Virus record (IMG/VR): IMGVR_UViG_3300042517_000577
Location: 8,166-72,165 of that record
From: a virus
Strand: one strand, 5' to 3'
DNA: 64,000 bases
Position numbers and translations under genes: made by a program. Within the stretch, counting starts at the first letter, position 1, and the number at the start of each line of letters is the position of its first letter. Positions 46,541-56,798 of the stretch are shown in pieces. The notes under the pieces are model-generated. The model had not been told where the DNA came from. It saw nothing but the letters and a program-made list of their open reading frames with translations, and ran no database searches.

Positions 46541-47191
46541 ATGAAACTCATCACAGAAGAAATCGAATCAGTAGAAATTATTACTGAAGAAAAGAATGGT
46601 ATAAAGACCCTGTATATTCAAGGTCCTTTCCTTCAAGCAGAAGTTACTAACAGAAATGGTAGAAACTATCCTCTTTCTATTATGGAGAGAGAAGTAAAAA
46701 GATATAACGATAGTTTTATTTGCAAAGGAAGAGCACTTGGTGAACTCGGTCATCCAGATGGTCCAACTGTAAATTTAGATAGAGTTTCTCATATGATTAC
46801 TTCTCTTCATAGAGAGGGTAATAATTTCATTGGAAAGGCAAAACTTCTTGATACTCCAATGGGAAACATTGCAAAGTCACTTTTGGGTGAGGGAGTAACT
46901 CTTGGAGTTTCATCTAGAGGAATTGGTTCTTTAGTTGAGAAGAATGGTATTAAGTATGTGGGTGAAGATTTTATGTTGGCAACTGCTGCTGACATTGTTG
47001 CTGATCCATCTGCACCTGATGCCTTCGTTCAAGGAATTATGGAAGGAAAGGAATGGGTATGGGATGGTGGAATCCTAAAGGAAATGAATGCGGCAGAAAC
47101 AAGACAGAAAATTGAAAGACTTACCAAAGCAAGAAAGTTGAGTGAGCATAATAAACTCAAACTATTAAACGACTATCTTTCAAATCTATAA
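46541..47191 (+). CDS. gp21: prohead protease gp21
   Basis: NRNGRNYP, ALGELGHP, GVSSRGIGS, DIVADPSAPDA. Confidence 0.98.
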   Translation: MKLITEEIESVEIITEEKNGIKTLYIQGPFLQAEVTNRNGRNYPLSIMEREVKRYNDSFICKGRALGELGHPDGPTVNLDRVSHMITSLHREGNNFIGKAKLLDTPMGNIAKSLLGEGVTLGVSSRGIGSLVEKNGIKYVGEDFMLATAADIVADPSAPDAFVQGIMEGKEWVWDGGILKEMNAAETRQKIERLTKARKLSEHNKLKLLNDYLSNL

Positions 47192-47244
47192 TTTATAAAT
47201 AAATATAGAATAAATTAATTAAAGATTTTATTCGGAGAATAAAA

Positions 47245-48381
47245 ATGAGTGTCGGTAACGATTTACAAGAAATGGAAGTATCTACTAAAAAATCTACTAC
47301 TGCAGTAAACAAAGGTGCTAAGCCTGCTGAAGGAATGCCAAAAGGCACAGTTCCAGGTGAAGGTCTTAATAATTCTGTAGAAGATCTCGGAGGTCCCACT
47401 CCTCAAAATTCAAGACCAGAAGATGAGTCGAACAAACTCAAGACTCCTGCAAGAACTCTTTCCAGAGTTAGCAACGTCGTAAATAAGGGTGCCAAGGCTC
47501 CCGATCCTATGCCCGTTGCTAACAAAGGTGCTATGAGTTATGAGGAGACTGAACTTGAGGATGAAGAGTACATCTCTGAAGAAGAAGAGATTGAGACTGA
47601 AGAAGTAGAAGAGATTGCTGAAGATATTCTTTCATTAGAAGAGAAACTCGATGAGATTGTATCTGAAAGAGTAGATTACTCTGACGATATCAATGCTCTG
47701 ATGGAAGGAGAGGATCTTTCCCCTGAGTTTATGAATAAGGCAGCAATCATTTTTGAAGCTGCGATTAAGCAAAAGTTAATCGCAATCGTTGAAGCATACG
47801 AAGAAGAGTATGCTCAAAGACTTGTAGAAGAAGTTACCGAAATCAGAAACGAATTGACTGAAAGAGTTGATTCTTATCTGGAATACGTTTCCGAAGAGTG
47901 GATGGTCGAGAACTCACTGCAGATTGAGACTGGTATCAGATCACAATTAGCAGAATCGTTCTTAACCAACCTCAAAGGACTTTTTGAAGATCATTATGTA
48001 GAAATCCCTGAAGAGAAATATGATGTCCTAGAAGGAATGGTCGAAAGACTAGATGAAATGGAAGAAAAACTCAACGAACAGATCGAAAGAAATGTTCAGT
48101 TAAATAGAAGACTTAGTGAGGCAGTTAGTGACACCATTTTAAATGATGTTGCTGAAGGATTAGCTTTAACTCAAAAGGAAAAGCTTGCAAGTCTTGCTGA
48201 AAGTGTTGAGTTTGAAAGTGAAGAAGACTATCGTGAGAGACTGGAGACCCTAAAGGAGTCATACTTCACAAAAATTCCAGTATCTTCATCAAAAGGAGAA
48301 ATTCTTTTGGAGCAAGCAGATGAGGATTACGGTCCCCAAATGAATGCTTATTTGAAAGCACTTGGTAAATATGCCAAGTGA
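47245..48381 (+). CDS. gp22: prohead core scaffold gp22
   Basis: Acidic coiled coil; KAAIIFEAA, VDSYLEYV.EEW, LKESYF. Confidence 0.95.
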   Translation: MSVGNDLQEMEVSTKKSTTAVNKGAKPAEGMPKGTVPGEGLNNSVEDLGGPTPQNSRPEDESNKLKTPARTLSRVSNVVNKGAKAPDPMPVANKGAMSYEETELEDEEYISEEEEIETEEVEEIAEDILSLEEKLDEIVSERVDYSDDINALMEGEDLSPEFMNKAAIIFEAAIKQKLIAIVEAYEEEYAQRLVEEVTEIRNELTERVDSYLEYVSEEWMVENSLQIETGIRSQLAESFLTNLKGLFEDHYVEIPEEKYDVLEGMVERLDEMEEKLNEQIERNVQLNRRLSEAVSDTILNDVAEGLALTQKEKLASLAESVEFESEEDYRERLETLKESYFTKIPVSSSKGEILLEQADEDYGPQMNAYLKALGKYAK

Positions 48382-48448
48382 AATCTACATTATACTAAAT
48401 ATTTGTAGTTAAAAACACTTTAACAAGACTAAACAAGGAGAAAAGCAA

Positions 48449-49873
48449 ATGTTCCTTTCAGAACAATTGCAGAATAAGTGGAAACCACTTCTTGAGGCAA
48501 ACGGCCTTGATGACATCAAGGATCCTTATAGAAAAGCGGTTACTGCAGTTCTGCTCGAAAACCAAGAAAGATTTTTAAAAGAAGAGAGAGGTTTCCTCAC
48601 CGAGGCTGCCCCTAACATCAACACTGACCCAGGTGCTACTGGTGCCGCCGGTTTCTCTGGTGGTGCATCTGCTCCAGTTGCAGGTTTCGATCCAGTTCTG
48701 ATCTCACTGATCAGACGTTCAATGCCTAACCTGGTTGCTTATGATCTTGCTGGCGTTCAGCCAATGAATGGTCCTACTGGACTGATCTTCGCAATGAGAA
48801 GCAAGTATGTAAATCAGGACGGTACTGAAGCTCTGTACAACGAGCCTGATACTGCTTACTCAGGTCAGGACGACGGTTACAACCTGGCTCAAGGCGACTA
48901 CACCGGAGGAAGTGACGGTGGTGCTTCCGTTGGTTTCGGAACCACTGGTTTCGTTGGTGGTGGTACTGCTGCTGGTACTAACCCTGCTCTTCTGAACAGT
49001 GCAGGTGCTGTTGGAACTGACTACAGAGTTGGTCAGGGTATGAGCACTCAAGCTGCTGAAGCACTTGGTGGTGCTGCTGGAGATCAGTTCAACCAGATGG
49101 CATTCAGCATCGAAAAGATTGCTGTTACTGCCAAGTCAAGAGCACTCAAGGCAGAGTACACTCTGGAACTGGCACAAGACCTTAAGGCAATCCACGGTCT
49201 GGATGCTGAGGCTGAATTAGCAAACATTCTCTCAACTGAGATTCTTGCTGAAATCAACCGTGAAGTTATCCGTACTATCTACAAGATTGCTGAAGCTGGT
49301 GCTCAAACCAACGTAGCAACTGCTGGTATCTTCGACCTCGATGTTGACTCAAACGGTCGTTGGTCCGTTGAGAAGTTCAAGGGTCTTCTTTTCCAACTGG
49401 AAAGAGATGCCAACGCAATCGCACAAAGAACTCGTAGAGGAAAGGGTAACGTTATCCTTTGTTCTGCTGACGTTGCTTCTGCTCTGACCATGGCTGGTCT
49501 GCTGGATTATACTCCTGCTCTCAATGCCAACCTGAACGTTGATGATACTGGCAATACTTTTGCTGGTGTTCTCAACGGTAAGTTCAGAGTTTATATTGAC
49601 CCATTTGCTGCCAACCTTGCTGCTGAGCAGTATTACGTTGTTGGTTACAAGGGAACTAATCCTTATGATGCTGGTCTGTTCTATTGCCCTTACGTTCCTC
49701 TCCAGATGGTTCGTGCTGTTGGTCAGGACACCTTCCAGCCCAAGATTGGATTCAAGACCAGATACGGTATGGTTGCCAACCCATTCGCAGAAGGCACCAG
49801 TGCTGGTCTGGGAAGAATTCAACAGAACACAAACCGTTACTACAGAAGAGTTCAAATCAAGAACCTTATGTGA
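48449..49873 (+). CDS. gp23: major capsid protein gp23
   Basis: GVQPMNGPTGLIFAMR, SRALKAEYTLELAQDLKAIHGLDAE, FQPKIGFKTRYG. Confidence 0.99.
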   Translation: MFLSEQLQNKWKPLLEANGLDDIKDPYRKAVTAVLLENQERFLKEERGFLTEAAPNINTDPGATGAAGFSGGASAPVAGFDPVLISLIRRSMPNLVAYDLAGVQPMNGPTGLIFAMRSKYVNQDGTEALYNEPDTAYSGQDDGYNLAQGDYTGGSDGGASVGFGTTGFVGGGTAAGTNPALLNSAGAVGTDYRVGQGMSTQAAEALGGAAGDQFNQMAFSIEKIAVTAKSRALKAEYTLELAQDLKAIHGLDAEAELANILSTEILAEINREVIRTIYKIAEAGAQTNVATAGIFDLDVDSNGRWSVEKFKGLLFQLERDANAIAQRTRRGKGNVILCSADVASALTMAGLLDYTPALNANLNVDDTGNTFAGVLNGKFRVYIDPFAANLAAEQYYVVGYKGTNPYDAGLFYCPYVPLQMVRAVGQDTFQPKIGFKTRYGMVANPFAEGTSAGLGRIQQNTNRYYRRVQIKNLM

Positions 49874-49892
49874 GCCATTCACAAGTTTCGGG

Positions 49893-49917
49893 GAGGGTCT
49901 TCGGACCCTCTTTTTTT
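49893..49917 (+). terminator. Rho-independent terminator after gp23
   Basis: GAGGGTC-TTCG-GACCCTC followed by T7. Confidence 0.95.
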
Positions 49918-49947
49918 ATGCAAATAAATAGTTAAAAACACAAAATT

Positions 49948-50502
49948 ATGACGAATAGTACTTGGAGTGGGCAACCATCAAATAAAAATTTCCTATCACC
50001 AACTGGGTTTAAGTTTAACCTGAATAAGGCACCTAAGGTTGATTTCTATTCCAATGCTGCGAACATACCAGCAATATCTTTAGGATCTGCAATCCAAACA
50101 AGGTATGGAAAAAATATTGATATCCCTGGAGATAAGATGACCTTTGGGGATTTCAATCTAAGATTTTTAGTTGATGAAAATCTAGAGAACTATTTGGAAA
50201 TATGGAATTGGATGACTGGTTTAGGATTTCCTTATAGTTTAGAACAGTATGATGACCTGATGAAATCTACTAAGATTTCTAATCCAGAATCAAATAATTC
50301 AACTGAATTTTACGAACAATCAGATGCTACATTGCAAATTTTAAATAGTAATTTCAATCCAACATTTTCAGTTAAATTTACAGGGATGTATCCTACTTCA
50401 TTATCATCTTTGGAATTTGACGCAACAGAAGAAAATATTAATTATTTTACAGCACAAGTTAATTTCAAATATACTTATTATAAAATTATTCCGAATTTAT
50501 GA
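49948..50502 (+). CDS. gp3: tail completion protein gp3
   Basis: NFLSPTGFKF, PGDK, FLVDENLENY.EI.NW, SDATL. Confidence 0.92.
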   Translation: MTNSTWSGQPSNKNFLSPTGFKFNLNKAPKVDFYSNAANIPAISLGSAIQTRYGKNIDIPGDKMTFGDFNLRFLVDENLENYLEIWNWMTGLGFPYSLEQYDDLMKSTKISNPESNNSTEFYEQSDATLQILNSNFNPTFSVKFTGMYPTSLSSLEFDATEENINYFTAQVNFKYTYYKIIPNL

Positions 50503-50930
50503 TTGACCTTGAAAAAATTCAAGAGATGTGGAAAGAAGATTCTCAAATCAACATTGATGATCTTCACAACGAATCCTTAAAGGTAGCATCTCTACACTCA
50601 AAATATTATGAAATTTACAATAATGTTTCCTTATTAAGAAAAAGATCAGAACTTCAGTACAAGCAGAAGAAGTTAGAACGATACAATTACTACAACGGCA
50701 AATCTGCTCCAGAAGTTTATAAAGAAGAACCATTCCCTTACAAAGTAAGAGATAAAGAAGGTATGAATAGATATCTGGAAGCAGATCAGAAACTATCAGA
50801 TATTTTTATGAAAATTGAATATTATGATATAATATTAAAATATTTGGAGGAAATTATAAAAATGATTTCCAACAGAACTTATCAAATTAAAAATTCAATT
50901 GACTTCTTAAGATTCCAATCGGGAATGTAA
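50499..50930 (+). CDS. uvsY: recombination mediator UvsY
   Basis: W..DS.I..DL..ES....LHSKY, RTYQIKNSI; gene order. Confidence 0.92.
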   Translation: MIDLEKIQEMWKEDSQINIDDLHNESLKVASLHSKYYEIYNNVSLLRKRSELQYKQKKLERYNYYNGKSAPEVYKEEPFPYKVRDKEGMNRYLEADQKLSDIFMKIEYYDIILKYLEEIIKMISNRTYQIKNSIDFLRFQSGM

Positions 50931-50931
50931 T

Positions 50932-52422
50932 ATGGCAGATCTTATTATATCCAAGAAAAATGAAATATATTTAAAAGTAGAATGCGAACCTCATATCAAA
51001 TACGAACTGAGTGATCAATTTACTTTTGATGTTCCTGGGGCAAAGTTTATGCCTCAATTCAGGAGCAAGCATTGGGATGGAAAAATTAGATTATTCAACG
51101 TTCAAACTGGAGAGATCTATGTTGGTCTATTGGATAAACTAATTACTTTTTGCGATAATCATAACTATAAGTTTGAGTTCAAAGAAAACAAATATTATGG
51201 ATTTCCTGGAGAAGTAGATTCTACTATTTCTATGGAGGGAGTGAAAGATTATATGAAAAGTATATGCTCTCACGAACCAAGAGATTATCAAATACAAGGA
51301 GTTTATGATGCATTAAAATATAAAAGAAAGTTAATTCTTTCTCCAACTGCATCTGGAAAATCTTTAATGATTTACTCTGTGGTTAGATATTTTGTCGAGA
51401 AAGGAAAGAACATACTCCTCATAGTCCCTACCACATCACTCGTAGAACAGATGTATAAGGACTTTGAAGACTATGGATGGAACTCTGAGGCATATTGCCA
51501 CAAAATCTATGGTGGAATGTCTAGAGAGGCAGAAAAACCAGTTACAATATCCACTTGGCAATCAATATACAAATTAGATAAATCTTATTTCCAAAACTAT
51601 GATGTAGTCATTGGAGATGAGGCACATCAATTCAAATCTAAATCTTTAATCAGCATTATGGATAAACTTCACGATGCAAAATATAGATTTGGATTTACTG
51701 GTACTTTAGATGGATCTCAAACTCACAAACTAGTTTTAGAAGGATTGTTTGGTCCAACATATAAACTTATCAAGACTGATGACCTCATTAAAAAGGGTTA
51801 TCTATCTCAATTAAAAATTAAAGTTCTTCTTCTATCTCATGACGATAATGAATTTAATGATTATGAAGAAGAAGTTCAATATTTAATTGGAAACGGTAAA
51901 AGAAATAATTTTATAAAAAATTTAGTTTTGGATTTAAAGGGAAATACTCTTGTATTGTTTAATCGTGTTGCAACTCATGGTCAACCATTATATGAACTCA
52001 TAAATAAGAGTGCCAGTGAAAATAGAAAAATATTTTTTATTCATGGTGGAGTGGATACTGAAGAGAGAGAATTGGTAAGAAAAATTACCGAGGAAGAATC
52101 CAATGCGATTATTGTTGCTTCTTATGGCACTTTTAGTACAGGTATCAATATTAGAAACTTACACAATATTGTCTTCGCATCACCTTCAAAATCTAGAATA
52201 AGAAATCTCCAATCAATTGGAAGAGTTCTCCGAAAGGGAAAAGAAAAAGTATCAGCAACCTTATATGATATTGCTGATGAAGTTAAATACAAATCAAAAA
52301 GAAATTATACTTTAAATCATTTGATTGAAAGAATTAAAATTTACAATGAAGAAAACTTTGATTATGAAATTATCACCATCAACTTCAAAACAAATGGAAG
52401 AAGACTTTTATGCAACAATTAA
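50932..52422 (+). CDS. uvsW: DNA helicase UvsW
   Basis: SPTASGKS, DEAH, QSIGRVLR. Confidence 0.97.
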   Translation: MADLIISKKNEIYLKVECEPHIKYELSDQFTFDVPGAKFMPQFRSKHWDGKIRLFNVQTGEIYVGLLDKLITFCDNHNYKFEFKENKYYGFPGEVDSTISMEGVKDYMKSICSHEPRDYQIQGVYDALKYKRKLILSPTASGKSLMIYSVVRYFVEKGKNILLIVPTTSLVEQMYKDFEDYGWNSEAYCHKIYGGMSREAEKPVTISTWQSIYKLDKSYFQNYDVVIGDEAHQFKSKSLISIMDKLHDAKYRFGFTGTLDGSQTHKLVLEGLFGPTYKLIKTDDLIKKGYLSQLKIKVLLLSHDDNEFNDYEEEVQYLIGNGKRNNFIKNLVLDLKGNTLVLFNRVATHGQPLYELINKSASENRKIFFIHGGVDTEERELVRKITEEESNAIIVASYGTFSTGINIRNLHNIVFASPSKSRIRNLQSIGRVLRKGKEKVSATLYDIADEVKYKSKRNYTLNHLIERIKIYNEENFDYEIITINFKTNGRRLLCNN

Positions 52423-52771
52423 ATTAGTATCAGGAGAAGAGATATTTTCCTTGGTATGCATTAGTGAGGAAGATGATAGAAGATTTTTGATACTGGATAA
52501 TCCAGTTATTATTACTCCTATTCAATCTAAATCCAGTCGTACTATGGGATACAAAGTTGTTCCCTGGGTTAATATCTCTGATGATGAAATGTTTATTCTT
52601 AACTTCGATAAAGTACTTACTATGACTGAAATTAAGGATGCAAACATAATATCAATCTATAAAAGATTTAATCGTCCAAGTGCTCAAGTACAAGTAACCA
52701 AGCAAATGGGTCTCATCTCTAAAGTTGATTCTGCGAGAGAAACCTTAGAAAGACTATATAAAAGTAATTAA
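52394..52771 (+). CDS. conserved hypothetical protein (Sm-like fold suspected)
   Basis: IKLVSGEEI motif; usual position between uvsW and gp55. Confidence 0.8.
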   Translation: MEEDFYATIKLVSGEEIFSLVCISEEDDRRFLILDNPVIITPIQSKSSRTMGYKVVPWVNISDDEMFILNFDKVLTMTEIKDANIISIYKRFNRPSAQVQVTKQMGLISKVDSARETLERLYKSN

Positions 52772-52803
52772 AGATATAACTAATCTTGAAACCCAACAGA
52801 GTG

Positions 52804-52866
52804 ATCCTACTCAAGGTTTCGTTTCCTGTCAAGCACTTGTCAAAGGACTAATTTTAGAGTAGAGTA
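52804..52866. promoter_or_regulatory. Back-to-back sigma70-type promoters (one antisense, one towards gp55)
   Basis: Minus: TTGACA(52832-52827)-17-TAGGAT(52809-52804). Plus: TTGTCA(52838-52843)-17-TAGAGT(52861-52866). Confidence 0.6.
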
Positions 52867-52895
52867 TCAGCAATGTTAGGATTAAAAAATTTAAT

Positions 52896-53387
52896 ATGTT
52901 TTTAAAAGTTATGGTTAAGGAAAGAAAAAGATCAGAACATTATGTAAGCAATAAAGACTTTCATCAAGCTTTGGTTGATTATAAAAAACTTGTAGATGAA
53001 GCAAAAGATAAAAATCTACCAAAACCAAAAATTCCAAATTATATTGGAGAATGCTTTTTGAAGATTGCCACTCACTTATCATATAAACCGAACTTTGTGA
53101 ATTATATGTTTAAGGATGATATGATATGTGATGGAATTGAAAATTGTGTGTTATACATCCATAACTTTGATGTGACTAAAAAGAATCCTTTTGCCTATTT
53201 CACTCAAGTAATTTACTATGCCTTCTTGAGAAGGATTGCAAAAGAAAAGAAACAACTGGAAATTAAAACAAAAATTATAGAAAAGTCAGGATTTGAAGAA
53301 GTTTTTAGTGCAGATAGTTCTGATGTTGGATATGATCATGGCAATATGAATAGCATTAAGGATGGTATCAATTATAGATTTACATGA
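52896..53387 (+). CDS. gp55: late sigma factor gp55
   Basis: HYVSNKDF, YIGECFLKIA.HLS.KPNF.NY, NPFAYFTQ..YYAFLRRI. Confidence 0.97.
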   Translation: MFLKVMVKERKRSEHYVSNKDFHQALVDYKKLVDEAKDKNLPKPKIPNYIGECFLKIATHLSYKPNFVNYMFKDDMICDGIENCVLYIHNFDVTKKNPFAYFTQVIYYAFLRRIAKEKKQLEIKTKIIEKSGFEEVFSADSSDVGYDHGNMNSIKDGINYRFT

Positions 53388-53402
53388 TTTTGGAGATTGC
53401 AA

Positions 53403-54443
53403 GTGAAGGTTTGTCTAATTACTGATACCCATTTTGGATTTAAGAAAGGGAATAAAATATTTCATGATTATTTTCAAAAGTTTTATGAGAATGTTTTTCA
53501 TCCATACCTAATTAAGAATAATATTAATACGGTTATTCATTTGGGAGATTCCTTTGATAATCGTAAAGGTATTGATTATTGGTCCCTGAAGTGGGCACAG
53601 GATATATTTTATGATACCCTAGAGACATTAGGAATTACTGTTTATAATATTGTTGGTAATCACGATATCTATTATAAAAATACAAACTCTTTAAATTCAT
53701 TAGAATATCTTCTACAAGATTACGATAACGTAATCAAAATATCTTCACCGACAGAAGTTAATATTGACGGACTTGACATTTTATTTTTACCCTGGATCAA
53801 TCAAGAGAATGAAAAAACTACTTTCAACCTTATTCAAAACACAACTTGCCCGTGTGCGATGGGGCACCTTGAGTTCCAAGGATTTAGAGTTAATAAACAA
53901 ATCATCATGGAGCACGGTCTGGAGAGCAAACTATTTGACAAGTTCCAACGTGTCTTCTCGGGACACTTTCACACTAGATCGAACAACGGAAGGATATTCT
54001 ACGTAGGAAACCCTTATCACCTCTTCTGGAGTGATTTAGGAGACCCTAGAGGGTTTACTGTGTTCGATACTGATACTATGGAACACGAGCATATCAATAA
54101 TCCATATGATATTTTTAAAGTTATTGAATATGATGAAGATAACCTAAATGAAGATCTTAATGAATACGAAAATTGCATCGTAAAGGTTGTTGTAAAAAAT
54201 AAAAACGATCAAAAGAAGTATGAGAAATATCTTGATAAATTAGTTAAATGTAATCCATATGAATTGAAACTGATAGAATCTTGTATAATTAATACTAATA
54301 TAGAACTACCAGAATCTAATGCCGAATCCGAGGATACTTTATCTTTACTAAAACGGTATGTAGATGAATCTGAAGTTAGTTTAAATAAGAATGAGATTAA
54401 GAGATTAATCAATTCAATATATCAAGAGTCTTATCAGATATAA
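53403..54443 (+). CDS. gp47: recombination endonuclease subunit gp47 (Mre11/SbcD-like)
   Basis: ITDTHFG, HLGD.FD, GNHD, SGHFH; GTG start after GGAG. Confidence 0.96.
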   Translation: MKVCLITDTHFGFKKGNKIFHDYFQKFYENVFHPYLIKNNINTVIHLGDSFDNRKGIDYWSLKWAQDIFYDTLETLGITVYNIVGNHDIYYKNTNSLNSLEYLLQDYDNVIKISSPTEVNIDGLDILFLPWINQENEKTTFNLIQNTTCPCAMGHLEFQGFRVNKQIIMEHGLESKLFDKFQRVFSGHFHTRSNNGRIFYVGNPYHLFWSDLGDPRGFTVFDTDTMEHEHINNPYDIFKVIEYDEDNLNEDLNEYENCIVKVVVKNKNDQKKYEKYLDKLVKCNPYELKLIESCIINTNIELPESNAESEDTLSLLKRYVDESEVSLNKNEIKRLINSIYQESYQI

Positions 54444-54445
54444 TA

Positions 54446-54727
54446 ATGTATATTCTTACTCTGGCATCAAATCAAAATGAAGGAGCATTTGCCATCGAAG
54501 ATGAGTATGGTGATAATGTCCTGATGATTTTTGAAGAATATGATGATGCTGAAAGATATATTTCAATGTTGGATGAATTGGATTATCCCGAAATGGAAAT
54601 CACAGAAGTAGAAAGGGAAACTGTAATAATTGCTTGTGAAACATTCAACTATGAATATGTTATAATTACTCCAAATGATCTAGTTGTTCCTCCAAATTAT
54701 GATAAAATTTCAAAAAATTCGTTATAA
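54446..54727 (+). CDS. conserved hypothetical protein
   Basis: FEEYDDAERY...ITPNDLVVPP; usual position between gp47 and gp46 in cyanophages. Confidence 0.8.
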   Translation: MYILTLASNQNEGAFAIEDEYGDNVLMIFEEYDDAERYISMLDELDYPEMEITEVERETVIIACETFNYEYVIITPNDLVVPPNYDKISKNSL

Positions 54728-56414
54728 AAATTTATTATCTTCTGGTAATTATTGGACTACTATAGATTTACTGAAGAACAATTCCACATTAATTATTGGA
54801 CAAAATGGAGCAGGAAAAAGTACATTACTGGATGCCTTAACTTTTGTTTTATTCAATAAACCTTTTCGGAAGATAACCAAAGGTCAACTAGTAAACACTG
54901 TAAATGAAAAGGATTGTGTAGTTGAAATTGATTTCTTGGTAAACGCAGATCAGTATAAAATTATAAGAGGAATAAAACCTAGTATATTCAAAATTGAAAA
55001 GAACGGAAAGTTATTGGACGAACTATCGTCTTCTACCGATCAGCAAAAATGGTTGGAGCAAAATTTATTAAAACTAAATTATAAATCTTTTACTCAGATT
55101 GTAATACTCGGGTCATCAAATTTTGTTCCATTTATGCAACTTTCTTCTCAACATCGTAGAGAAGTGGTCGAAGATTTACTAGACATCAAAATATTTTCTT
55201 CGATGAATGATGTCACTAAAAATAAAATTAGGAGTTTAAGAGATGATATCAAAGAAACTGAATACAAAAAAGAAAATATTGAAGATAAAATTGAATCACA
55301 AAAGACACTCATTGCTGAACTTGAAAACAGAAACAAGGAAGATGTTGAGGAAAAGGAAAGAAAGCAATCTGAAATAGAATTAGAAGTATCTCAACTTCAA
55401 GATAAAATTACTAAGAATCTTTCTTTTGTATCTGATAAGCAGGATGAGTTAAAGGCAGTATCTAAATCACAATCCAAAATTAAAAAGTTAGACATACTAA
55501 AAGCAAAATTACTTCAAAAGGTATCTAATTTTACTGAAGATTGTGACTTCTTCGAGAATAATGATACTTGCCCTACCTGCACTCAATCTATTGAAAATGA
55601 ATTTAGGTTAAATAAGATTGCTAGTATTAAAGGTAAGCAAGATGAATTGAAAGTTGCTTGTGAAGAACTTGAAACTAACATTCGTAATGAGAAGAAAAAT
55701 GAATCTAAATTTCTAAAAATATCAGATGAAATTACCAAATCCAATAGTCAAATTAGTTTGGACCAAATTAAAATATCTCAATTGGAGAAACAGAAGAAAG
55801 AACTCCAATCTGAAATTCAAAGACTTATCACCAAAAGCACAGGAACTAATATTGAGTATGAAAAACTAAAAGGATTTGAGGTTAAGTTAGATGAGATTGT
55901 AGAAGAGATTTGCTCTAAAAAAGAAGAACTATTAAATTGCGAGTTCATTCATCTACTACTTAAAGACGGGGGAGCAAAGACTAGCATCATTAAAAAGTAT
56001 ATTCCGATCATCAATCAGAACTTAAATAAGTATCTTGATCTGATGGAATTCCCAGTAAACTTTACATTGGACGAAGAGTTTAATGAGAAGGCATTGAACC
56101 CAATATATGAAGACTTTTCATATGATTCTTTTAGTGAAGGTGAAAAAATGAGAATTGACCTGGCACTACTTTTCACCTGGAGGGAAGTTGCTAAAGTTAA
56201 AAACTCTGTGAATACTAACCTACTAATTCTCGATGAAGTATTTGATAGTTCATTGGATGAATTTGGAACTGACAACTTTACTAAAATTATTAAATATGTT
56301 ATTAAAAATTCTAATGTCTTTGTGATTTCACATAAGAAAGATGAATTGGAAGATAAGTTTGAATCAATACTATCCTTCCAGAAACAAAAAGGATTTGGGG
56401 TACTGCTTGACTGA
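54699..56414 (+). CDS. gp46: recombination endonuclease subunit gp46 (Rad50/SbcC-like)
   Basis: GQNGAGKST, CPTC zinc hook, FSEGEK signature, LILDE. Confidence 0.97.
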   Translation: MIKFQKIRYKNLLSSGNYWTTIDLLKNNSTLIIGQNGAGKSTLLDALTFVLFNKPFRKITKGQLVNTVNEKDCVVEIDFLVNADQYKIIRGIKPSIFKIEKNGKLLDELSSSTDQQKWLEQNLLKLNYKSFTQIVILGSSNFVPFMQLSSQHRREVVEDLLDIKIFSSMNDVTKNKIRSLRDDIKETEYKKENIEDKIESQKTLIAELENRNKEDVEEKERKQSEIELEVSQLQDKITKNLSFVSDKQDELKAVSKSQSKIKKLDILKAKLLQKVSNFTEDCDFFENNDTCPTCTQSIENEFRLNKIASIKGKQDELKVACEELETNIRNEKKNESKFLKISDEITKSNSQISLDQIKISQLEKQKKELQSEIQRLITKSTGTNIEYEKLKGFEVKLDEIVEEICSKKEELLNCEFIHLLLKDGGAKTSIIKKYIPIINQNLNKYLDLMEFPVNFTLDEEFNEKALNPIYEDFSYDSFSEGEKMRIDLALLFTWREVAKVKNSVNTNLLILDEVFDSSLDEFGTDNFTKIIKYVIKNSNVFVISHKKDELEDKFESILSFQKQKGFGVLLD

Positions 56415-56435
56415 CCCCTTCAGATTTGATAGACT
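56407..56435 (+). promoter_or_regulatory. sigma70-type promoter for the clamp/clamp-loader operon
   Basis: TTGACT-17bp-TAGACT with extended TG. Confidence 0.7.
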
Positions 56436-56459
56436 GTTTAAGAGATACTTTACTTTACT

Positions 56460-56798
56460 ATGAATGATGATTTTATTTCGATTTCTAATTTTGACTTTAA
56501 GGAGGAATCTAAAAATTTGAATAACTTTTGGAAATATAATGAGGATAAAATCCTCAAGCAGTTGGAAGAATATATTAAGTCTACGTATGGACAGCATTAT
56601 GTTGATAGAACTGGAGGTGGCACAGAACAGACTCTAGACAAAATTAAACATAATCGTAGGGAAGGTTTTTGTGCTGGGAATGTTACCAAATACATCGACA
56701 GGTATGACACTAAGGGAACTCCTCGTGCCGACTTGTTTAAGGTCCTTCATTACACTATTCTCCTCATCAATCACCTCAATCTCATTGAAAATAAATGA
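56460..56798 (+). CDS. DUF3310-like protein (T7 gp1.7 nucleotide-kinase-like)
   Basis: TY.QHY, GFCAGNVTKY..RY..KG....DL.KVLHY. Confidence 0.75.
   Translation: MNDDFISISNFDFKEESKNLNNFWKYNEDKILKQLEEYIKSTYGQHYVDRTGGGTEQTLDKIKHNRREGFCAGNVTKYIDRYDTKGTPRADLFKVLHYTILLINHLNLIENK

Noticed and set aside
49349-49935. Overlapping and antisense ORFs in gp23
   Set aside because: Expected shadows of strong codon bias in a highly expressed gene; no RBS or recognisable motifs.
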